A stretch of DNA of 64,000 nucleotides from a bacterium. GTDB lineage: Bacteria > Patescibacteriota > Minisyncoccia > UBA6257 > 02-FULL-45-10c. The stretch is taken from assembly GCA_021786945.1 (NCBI GenBank), contig JAJYMK010000003.1, positions 151,299 to 215,298 of the forward strand, written 5' to 3'. The position numbers were made by a program, and so were the translations under genes. The notes under the pieces are model-generated. The model was not told the DNA's origin. It worked only from the letters and a program-made list of their open reading frames with translations, and did not search any database. This document shows positions 57,747-64,000 of this stretch, piece by piece. The stretch's first letter is position 1; every line of letters starts with the position of its first letter.

Positions 57747-58013
57747 TTATTTTTGTTTTTTACGGCCCTTTAAATTATTAAAAAAATTTACAAAATGCTT
57801 TACTTTGGCGCCTTCGGTTTTAACATTCTGTCTGAGTTCCGCAATATCTTCTTTAATTAGCCCTGCCTCATCTTTTGCTTTTTCCGAAATATCGTCAACA
57901 TTTCTTAGGATTCGTATGAGGTAAGTGATTAATATACCTAAAAGAATTGTTAGTATCACTACCGCGATAGATGTGATAAAAAAGAATATTTCAGATTTCA
58001 TTAAAGAGTCCAT
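57747..58013 (-). CDS. Small hypothetical membrane protein (single N-terminal TM, charged helical tail)
   Basis: ORF only. Confidence 0.35.
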   Translation of the reverse strand: MDSLMKSEIFFFITSIAVVILTILLGILITYLIRILRNVDDISEKAKDEAGLIKEDIAELRQNVKTEGAKVKHFVNFFNNLKGRKKQK

Positions 58014-58052
58014 TTTTTTATATTTTAGATATTGTTATTATTATAAACCAGT

Positions 58053-58529
58053 TTATTTTTTTAACAACAAGAAGATTAGGATAGCTACTATTATCGCCTG
58101 AGAGGATATTGTAATAATTTTATTTGTTACGACAGAATGAATTTTTTTATGAATTTCTGAATGTTTGTTTAGGGCCTTTGTAAAAATATTTCTTTCTTTA
58201 TTTTTAATGCAATAGTTTAAAAAAGCTAAGCCATCGGGAAGTATTGCAAAAAAAGCTCCTGTTAAAGCCAGTAATATTTCGCTTGAATTTTTATTCTGAA
58301 TTAAATATAAAATCGTAAGCAGCCCGATTGATAAATCGATAAAGATTTTGACAAATTCTTTTCCGGCGGATTTAAAATCCCCGTGTGTTATATTCTCTAT
58401 TTTATATTCAACATGAGGAATAGAATCTAAAAAATAATGACTGGTTAAGCCTAAAACTATTGCTGCGCCTACACTTCCACTGTTTGTTGCCAATACCGCT
58501 CCCGTTATTGAATGAACCGATAAAATCAT
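58053..58529 (-). CDS. Membrane protein, possibly a YdjM-like membrane-bound metal-dependent hydrolase
   Basis: MILSVHSITGA...SHYFLDSIPH... with multiple TM helices. This is a weak family guess. Confidence 0.35.
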   Translation of the reverse strand: MILSVHSITGAVLATNSGSVGAAIVLGLTSHYFLDSIPHVEYKIENITHGDFKSAGKEFVKIFIDLSIGLLTILYLIQNKNSSEILLALTGAFFAILPDGLAFLNYCIKNKERNIFTKALNKHSEIHKKIHSVVTNKIITISSQAIIVAILIFLLLKK

Positions 58530-58615
58530 ATGTTTTTTAAGTCTTTATATTATAACAAATACATTGGAATTTTAGAAAAATTGTGATAATATTTTTAAAT
58601 ATTCGTCGGTTTTAT

Positions 58616-58686
58616 TGCCGGGTCGTCTAACGGTAGGACATCGCCCTTTGGAGGCGAGTATCGGGGTTCGAGTCCCTGCCCGGCAG
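58616..58686 (+). tRNA. tRNA-Gln (anticodon UUG)
   Basis: Cloverleaf: acceptor TGCCGGG pairs with CCCGGCA. D-arm GTCT...GGAC. Anticodon stem TCGCC/GGCGA with loop cTTTGGa (anticodon TTG). T-arm CGGGG-TTCGAGT-CCCTG. Discriminator G, no encoded CCA. An extended -10 (TGTGATAAT) lies about 30 nt upstream. Confidence 0.85.
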
Positions 58687-58689
58687 CTC

Positions 58690-59397
58690 CTAAGTTTGCA
58701 GTTTATATAATTCTTCTAACGCTATAACATGGCTACAAATTTTTTTCTGTGTAAAAAAATCACAATCACAAAGCCATTGATTGTCTCGTTTTATTAAATT
58801 TCTAGTACCGTGTTCGGCATCTATTGTGGCTTTTTCTAATTCTATTTTGAATCTTCTGGGTTCATTTATATATTTTTTAGCTTTAATAATTTTTCCGATT
58901 AAATCCTCAACAAATTTTTGATTTAATTCCCTATTATTTTCAGTTAATTCAATTAATATTATATCCTTTCTTTTTTTAATATTTTCAATAAAATCGTCAC
59001 TATATATTTTAGATAAAGTTACTAAACAAATATTGGGAGAATTTAATATTAAATTGGTTGCTTTTTTAAATTTTTCTGAATAAAGTTCCATTTGTCCAAT
59101 CTCATCTAAATATAAAAGATCCCCTTCTTTAAATTGAAGTATTTCGGGAATGACTAATTCTAGATTGTTTATATCTACAAAATATCTTGAAACTTTATAT
59201 TCTGTTAAAAAATTAACACTTGCGAGCATGGCCTTTTTGCCGGTGCTGGTTACTATTTCAAAACCAACCCTTTCGCCATTTTCGCGAACTTCGTTAGTAA
59301 CAAATCCAACTTTGTTTGGATAACTCAAAATGACTTTATTTAAGAGTGTAGACTTACCACTTCTTGGCATTCCCGTAACAATAATATTTTTTCTCAT
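58690..59397 (-). CDS. THEP1-like NTPase fused to a C-terminal SWIM zinc finger
   Basis: Walker A IIVTGMPRSGKSTLLNKV, Walker B LLYLDEIGQMEL, and C-terminal W-x-CDCDFF...CSHVIA (CxC...CxH SWIM). The track ORF extends to 59478 across the 32-bp repeat; I prefer the start at M28 (59397). Confidence 0.6.
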   Translation of the reverse strand: MRKNIIVTGMPRSGKSTLLNKVILSYPNKVGFVTNEVRENGERVGFEIVTSTGKKAMLASVNFLTEYKVSRYFVDINNLELVIPEILQFKEGDLLYLDEIGQMELYSEKFKKATNLILNSPNICLVTLSKIYSDDFIENIKKRKDIILIELTENNRELNQKFVEDLIGKIIKAKKYINEPRRFKIELEKATIDAEHGTRNLIKRDNQWLCDCDFFTQKKICSHVIALEELYKLQT

Positions 59398-59438
59398 TAG
59401 ATAAATATTATCACATTTGTACGGCTTCTTTTTCTTTG

Positions 59439-59470
59439 AAAAAGGTTCCAACTTCGTCCCAGACGGCCAG
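59439..59470 (+). repeat. 32-bp direct repeat, copy 1: AAAAAGGTTCCAACTTCGTCCCAGACGGCCAG
   Basis: Identical 32-mer also at 60113-60144 and 63049-63080, same orientation, all intergenic. Confidence 0.9.
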
Positions 59471-59536
59471 CAAATCAATCCCCTATTTTTAAATCAAAAC
59501 TATTGATATAATTTTTGTATTAAATTTTTAAAAATT

Positions 59537-60088
59537 ATGAATAATATTTTTAAATCTAAAATCAAAAGAGAAATTGTCAATTTTTTAACCGGCGAAAAAT
59601 ATGAAATGCTTGGTGGCTTAGACATGTCTTTTTCGGAAGATGATGTTAAAAAGATTACAAAAATATGTTCCCAAAAAGATGCTTACGATATTTTATTTAA
59701 AAATAGATTAAGCGGAAAGCCTTATACAGAAAAAAATGCCCGGAGTTTTATAGATTGGATTAAAGACGGTTGGAAAAATCAAACTCATTTTGTGTTTTTG
59801 ATAAGAAAACAAGATTCGGAGATAATTGGCGCCATTGATATAAAAAGCCCCGATCTTAATAGGGCTGAGATTGGATATTGGGCTGATGAAAATTATAGAG
59901 GTTTTATGACAAGCGCTGTAAATGAATTATTTTTTATAGCAAAAGAAAGTGGTTATATTAAATTATTTGCCGGAGTTTTGGCTAAAAACAATAAATCTAT
60001 TGCCGTATTAGAACGTACTGGTTTTAGGAAGGTAAAAGAAGATAAAAAAGACGGCGAAGATCATTTCATATACGAAAAAGAATTATAA
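59537..60088 (+). CDS. GNAT family N-acetyltransferase (RimJ/RimL-like)
   Basis: ...HFVFLIRKQDSEIIGAIDIKSPDLNRAEIGYWADENYRGFMTSAVNELFFIAKESGYIKLFAGVLAKNNKSIAVLERTGF: GNAT motifs A/B. Confidence 0.75.
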   Translation: MNNIFKSKIKREIVNFLTGEKYEMLGGLDMSFSEDDVKKITKICSQKDAYDILFKNRLSGKPYTEKNARSFIDWIKDGWKNQTHFVFLIRKQDSEIIGAIDIKSPDLNRAEIGYWADENYRGFMTSAVNELFFIAKESGYIKLFAGVLAKNNKSIAVLERTGFRKVKEDKKDGEDHFIYEKEL

Positions 60089-60098
60089 TCTTAGCTTA

Positions 60099-60839
60099 GT
60101 GATTACCTTCAAAAAAAGGTTCCAACTTCGTCCCAGACGGCCAGAATACACCATAAAAGACGGCGTTGTTTTGGAATCAGAGCTAATAAAAAATCGTTTT
60201 TTTGATTCTAAACAAATTAAGAATTTAAAAGAATCAGTTGAGTGGAGAAGCGTTCCCTTATTTAATATGAATTACCCGATTAATCTTTATATATTATCAA
60301 AACACCCAGAAATAATTTCTAAAGAAGATTATAAAAAGTTTTTAAGACAATCACTTGAGAGAATAAAATTAGGCGTTTTAAAAGCAGAGGAAAATGTTAA
60401 GGGGGATGGACATAATTATTTAGAAATTACAAATAACTATGCCGGTAAGAGCATATGGTTTTCAGAAGAACGGGTAGTAAAAGAAGGAGATGATAAATAT
60501 AAAAAAATATCAGAATATGCTGAAAAATTTGTTAAAGATTTATTTGATCAGAATTCATCTAAATATGTGGGTATAACAAAGGATGAATATCAATTGAGTA
60601 ATGAGATATTAGAATATATAGAAAAATTAATTAATAATATAGAGATAGCCTCAAAAAATAAAGATGTTTTTAAAATTAAATATTTAGTTGCATCTATTTT
60701 TTTAACATTTATAATTTCTTTGATTGTTAGTTGGTTTGTAAAAATAAACGCATTTATTATTTTTATAGTCGTTCAAATAGTTACTTTTTTTCAGGCTTTT
60801 ATTGGTGGCTGGATAGATAAAAAAATTAAAAAAAGATAA
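60099..60839 (+). CDS. Hypothetical protein with two C-terminal TM helices (start uncertain)
   Basis: The ORF from a GTG at 60099 contains repeat copy 2. An internal ATG at 60267 (MNYPINLY...) is a more likely start. Confidence 0.35.
   Translation: MITFKKRFQLRPRRPEYTIKDGVVLESELIKNRFFDSKQIKNLKESVEWRSVPLFNMNYPINLYILSKHPEIISKEDYKKFLRQSLERIKLGVLKAEENVKGDGHNYLEITNNYAGKSIWFSEERVVKEGDDKYKKISEYAEKFVKDLFDQNSSKYVGITKDEYQLSNEILEYIEKLINNIEIASKNKDVFKIKYLVASIFLTFIISLIVSWFVKINAFIIFIVVQIVTFFQAFIGGWIDKKIKKR
60113..60144 (+). repeat. 32-bp direct repeat, copy 2
   Basis: Identical to copy 1. Confidence 0.9.
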
Positions 60840-60875
60840 ATCCCATTCCTTTGTAAAAATAGGTATTCAGGTATC

Positions 60876-61700
60876 ATGAATAAAGTTTTTAAATCACAAG
60901 AAGAATTAAAAAAAGAATTAGATTCACAATTCAAACTTCTAAAAGTTTTAACCGAGCAATATGACAAAGGCGATGTGATTATAGGAAAGTCGATAGCGAC
61001 TTCTATTCGGGTACTTGTTCATGACACAGATGATTCGCGCTCTTTGCTTGGGCAACTTAATTTTAAAAATAGAAAATTTTTTGACACGGCCTGCCCCGAC
61101 ATCTTTCCTGTACCAGGAAAAATTCAGCGTATTGGAAGTTTTTGTGGCTTAGTAAGTATCGGTAGCGTTAATAATGAGCAGACTTATATCCCCTATCTTG
61201 ATGAGGCTCCTGTTAAAAAATTTGGTTTTGTAAATTTTGATGAGTTTTGGAATAGGATAATTTTTATTGATAATAATAAAAACAGCTTTACAAGAAAAGA
61301 AATAGTTTTGGCTATTGCTAACCAAGATGGTGGTGCGCACGTTGATCCAAAAATTGAAAAAAAATACAAAGAGTTATCTAGAGAGAATTCTCTTGGTTGG
61401 AAAGCTAGTTTAGACGGAAAAATTTGGAATGATTCATGCGGTTCTGAGCTGGCTGCAGTACGTCAAATCGCACATGAGTTACTGCGCACATTTGAGATCG
61501 AATATCCTTATAAAAAAATGGTGACCGGTGATGCCGGATTTATTTTAGGTGGAATGGGTTTTATAATTAGTAATACCACCGATGTAAATAGTATTACGGA
61601 TTATTTGGTGAATAAGAAAAAAATTGGACCAAATAAAAAATGTCTATGCGGAAGTGGTCAGAAATATAAAAAATGTCATGGAAAGTATGGTTGGATATAA
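60876..61700 (+). CDS. SEC-C motif domain protein (C-terminal CxC...CH metal-binding motif) with an unknown N-terminal domain
   Basis: C-terminus KKCLCGSGQKYKKCHGKYGW is a SecA-C/YecA-type SEC-C motif. I recognise no family for the N-terminal domain of about 250 aa. Confidence 0.55.
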   Translation: MNKVFKSQEELKKELDSQFKLLKVLTEQYDKGDVIIGKSIATSIRVLVHDTDDSRSLLGQLNFKNRKFFDTACPDIFPVPGKIQRIGSFCGLVSIGSVNNEQTYIPYLDEAPVKKFGFVNFDEFWNRIIFIDNNKNSFTRKEIVLAIANQDGGAHVDPKIEKKYKELSRENSLGWKASLDGKIWNDSCGSELAAVRQIAHELLRTFEIEYPYKKMVTGDAGFILGGMGFIISNTTDVNSITDYLVNKKKIGPNKKCLCGSGQKYKKCHGKYGWI

Positions 61701-61718
61701 TTTTATAAAATTATATTT

Positions 61719-62468
61719 TTATGCCTTACTATTTCTAGATAATACTTCATTTAATTTATAACAAAATTCAGAATTAAAAACTGGTTCTATATATGTATCA
61801 TCTAGGTATTTTTTTAATCCGGCTAAATTTTCAATTATATAAACAAGGGGCTCTATTCGTTCAATAACTTTAGATTTGCCAACCAACAAAATAGCCTTCC
61901 TTGATTTAATTACTATTCCTTGTTTTTCGAGATAATTAATTAATTTTAGTTCGTGTCTATTAATTTCATCGATTGGATTTTGCCATTTATTTAATTCACA
62001 AATACATTTATTTCCTTTACACCACTCTTCTTTAAAAAATTTATCGCCCAAAACTCTGAAATTGCCAGATATATTTTTAATTTCAAATATCAATAAACCT
62101 TTCTTACCAACTACAATTGCATCAATATCAAATCCTCCATCTGAAAATTTAAAATTTTTATAAATTTTATAACCCTCATTATTTGGCAAGAGCTCTTCTA
62201 ATTTTTTAAAGGCCCTTCTTTCACCCATCCATCCCATAAGAGAATGCAATGAAATAAGTCCCAATCTATCCCCTAATCGTCCCATAAAAATCCAAAACCA
62301 AGAAAATATAATTCCGAATATTATTCCAGCGATAAATAATAAAGCTGGAACGTCTAGTTTAAAATCTTTTAAATTAGTAAGACCATATAAAATTACTGAT
62401 ATACCAAATAGCAATAAAGCTATTACTATAATTGTTACTTGCAAAAATTTACGTTTAGAATAAGACAT
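61719..62468 (-). CDS. NERD (nuclease-related domain) protein with two N-terminal TM helices
   Basis: GERRAFKKLEELLPNNEGYKIYKNFKF...GGFDIDAIVVGKKGLLIFEIKNISGNF...WQNPIDEINRHELKL: NERD pattern. Confidence 0.6.
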   Translation of the reverse strand: MSYSKRKFLQVTIIVIALLLFGISVILYGLTNLKDFKLDVPALLFIAGIIFGIIFSWFWIFMGRLGDRLGLISLHSLMGWMGERRAFKKLEELLPNNEGYKIYKNFKFSDGGFDIDAIVVGKKGLLIFEIKNISGNFRVLGDKFFKEEWCKGNKCICELNKWQNPIDEINRHELKLINYLEKQGIVIKSRKAILLVGKSKVIERIEPLVYIIENLAGLKKYLDDTYIEPVFNSEFCYKLNEVLSRNSKA

Positions 62469-62537
62469 TTTAAAATTATATCAAAATATTATTGACTATT
62501 AAATTTATTAAACATATATTAAATTTACAAATAAAAT

Positions 62538-62996
62538 ATGGATACTAAATTTCCAAAACTTGATAAAAAATTTATTAACTGGTCGACATTTTTTCATGCG
62601 GGTACTGAATGGTTAGAGATATTTGAAATATTAGACAAAGAAACAAATAAACAATATGGATTTATTTCTTTTTACGCATATCCGTATATTTTGTATTTTT
62701 CTTTAGAACTTTTTGTGAAATCATTAGCAAAATATGAGGACTGTACTTTTGACGCAAAAAAAGACGGGTTTCTTCACAGTGTAACGGATATATTTGTAAA
62801 ATATAAAGATATTCCATTTTTTTTTGAAATTATTCAGAATCACAAACTTTTTAACCTTATTAAAGAATATGAGAAAACTTTAAATACGCGTTTTGGCGAG
62901 ACGGCTGTGCAAATAAATGGATTAGATACTAAATTAGTATTAGAAACGGTTTATAAATTAAGAGGAGAAATATGTAAAAAAACAGGATTAAGATAA
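62538..62996 (+). CDS. Hypothetical protein (152 aa)
   Basis: ORF only. Confidence 0.3.
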   Translation: MDTKFPKLDKKFINWSTFFHAGTEWLEIFEILDKETNKQYGFISFYAYPYILYFSLELFVKSLAKYEDCTFDAKKDGFLHSVTDIFVKYKDIPFFFEIIQNHKLFNLIKEYEKTLNTRFGETAVQINGLDTKLVLETVYKLRGEICKKTGLR

Positions 62997-63048
62997 TAAC
63001 GCATTCGGAGATCTCAATAGCATATTAGATATATATAATATTTTTTAT

Positions 63049-63080
63049 AAAAAGGTTCCAACTTCGTCCCAGACGGCCAG
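63049..63080 (+). repeat. 32-bp direct repeat, copy 3
   Basis: Identical to copies 1 and 2. Confidence 0.9.
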
Positions 63081-63101
63081 CTCTCACTTTTTGAAAATAC
63101 T

Positions 63102-64000
63102 TTATTTTTGAGTATTATATATTGATAAAATTTCTATAGTAGATAGGGCCCTATTATAAACAGCAAACTCATCAATTAATCCATTAAAACAAAAATTAGT
63201 TGGAACGTAAAAAGTTCCAATTGTAGCGGTACTACCAGCTCCTCTGATTATTGTTCCTGTTTGAGTTGGGGTCGGACCCTTTAAAACCCCGTTTCTATAT
63301 AAATACATTTTTGATCCATCATAAACCAAGGCAATATGAGTCCACTCCCCGGTGTTTAAAATTACATCTCCAGAATTTGGCTGTAGTGTTACAACGCCTG
63401 AGGTTGTTTTTATACGAAATAACAAATTGTCAGGGTAAATAAAAATTCCCCAAGCATCATTATAATCACCCGACCACCCCAAAATTCCTTTATTGCTTTG
63501 ATCTATGGTTGGGTTTATCCAAAATTCAAGTGTCAGCGCCGACATTCCAACTAATGAAGTGGCTGCGCCTATATCAATATAGTCATTAATTCCGTCAAGA
63601 TTTATTGCGCTACCAATGACTCCCGTAGACCATGTCGGGTTATTTATTAAAGTTCCATTATTAGTATTTAATTCGTCGTAAGCGATATTTCCCGAGTTTT
63701 CGTCAAAATTCCAATAAGCAATGAGTCCATTTGTTGGAACATGATAAAGATTTTTATTTAAATTTAGTTCATTCCCAGCCTCAAACCTGGTACTGGATTG
63801 TCCCCCATCCGACGAAGCATTGGCGGCAAGATATTTGTCGGATTCCATGGTAGCAGAAAGAGCCCAGGAACCGTGGATATAGGTGTAGTAATAACCATTG
63901 GTAGCGGCAGCGGATAGATCGGATGCCTGAATGGGATCTATGGGAAGATTTGAGAATAAAGTTCCGGCTTGTCCTTGTATAGAACTTAGATCTACAGGTA
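63102..64000 (-). CDS. LamG/concanavalin-A-like (Laminin_G_3) domain protein, 5' partial (continues beyond the window)
   Basis: ...LTLEFWINP...EWTHIALVYDGSKMYLYRNGVL...IDEFAVYNRALS...: Laminin_G_3 jelly-roll. The reading frame stays open upstream of the track's Met at 63848, with no stop, out to position 64000. Confidence 0.6.
   Translation of the reverse strand, partial: PVDLSSIQGQAGTLFSNLPIDPIQASDLSAAATNGYYYTYIHGSWALSATMESDKYLAANASSDGGQSSTRFEAGNELNLNKNLYHVPTNGLIAYWNFDENSGNIAYDELNTNNGTLINNPTWSTGVIGSAINLDGINDYIDIGAATSLVGMSALTLEFWINPTIDQSNKGILGWSGDYNDAWGIFIYPDNLLFRIKTTSGVVTLQPNSGDVILNTGEWTHIALVYDGSKMYLYRNGVLKGPTPTQTGTIIRGAGSTATIGTFYVPTNFCFNGLIDEFAVYNRALSTIEILSIYNTQK

Noticed and set aside
59439-59470. 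The 32-bp repeat as a tRNA 3' fragment (classic tRNA-targeted att site)
   Set aside because: It shares only loose similarity with the tRNA-Gln 3' end (GGTTC...GGCAG), and the T-arm geometry does not fit a tRNA. Treated as a distinct recombination or cassette-boundary motif.
58690-59478. Full-length track ORF (262 aa) for the NTPase, starting at 59478
   Set aside because: The extra 27 N-terminal residues are encoded across the intergenic 32-bp repeat and precede the Walker A motif that normally sits at the N-terminus. The start at 59397 is more plausible. The longer start is not excluded.
63102-63848. Met start at 63848 for the LamG protein
   Set aside because: The reading frame remains open with no stop up to the window edge. 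The gene is most likely 5'-truncated by the window.
1-64000. CRISPR arrays, transposases, integrases, rRNA genes, alternative genetic code
   Set aside because: No regularly spaced short repeats, no recognisable transposase or integrase ORF, and no rRNA-like segments. All conserved genes translate full-length with the standard code, with no in-frame TGA or TAG recoding needed.

Overview
This 64 kb window is low-GC (roughly one-third GC by eye) and densely packed with genes. Together with the gene content, this suggests a reduced bacterial genome, most plausibly from the Candidate Phyla Radiation (Patescibacteria). The standard genetic code is in use.

Gene content, in order:
- **1–688:** 3' end of an S41 C-terminal processing protease gene.
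- **824–17267:** one contiguous str–S10–spc ribosomal supercluster, running from rpsL through map. Within it, L30 is absent and an extra ORF sits between rpsG and fusA. A strong promoter and a structured roughly 175-nt candidate ncRNA follow map, where the alpha-operon genes would normally be.
- **17.5–40 kb:** housekeeping genes (greA, lysS, serS, ychF, gltX, ftsQ-like, ftsW, murG, an M23 peptidase). Interleaved with these are a GT2 glycosyltransferase and two large GT-C (PMT/ArnT-like) membrane glycosyltransferases, a GC-rich islet carrying a tiny Cys-containing ORF, and a VirD4/TraD-like ATPase with a small partner.
- **40545–40903 (– strand):** RNase P RNA (rnpB). It is not in the ORF track and is overlapped by two spurious ORFs.
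- **40.9–49.9 kb:** a roughly 9 kb co-directional minus-strand gene string: ABC-F ATPase, RNase HI with an N-terminal hybrid-binding domain, a DHH phosphoesterase, pgk, mraY, a D-Ala-D-Ala carboxypeptidase, scpB, scpA and a DUF4015/GHL10-like TIM-barrel protein (family assignment tentative).
- **50–57.3 kb:** dnaX, a beta-barrel OMP-like secreted protein, a 1013-aa FN3-repeat Cys-rich surface protein and typA.
- **58.6–63.1 kb:** the most unusual region. Beside a tRNA-Gln(UUG), at least three perfect 32-bp direct repeats delimit cassette-like blocks. The blocks encode a THEP1-like NTPase fused to a SWIM zinc finger, a GNAT acetyltransferase, a membrane protein, a SEC-C-motif protein, a NERD-domain membrane protein, an unknown ORF and a LamG-domain protein that runs off the window.

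No CRISPR array, transposase or integrase was seen in the window. All calls are from reading the sequence and the ORF translations; no database searches were run.
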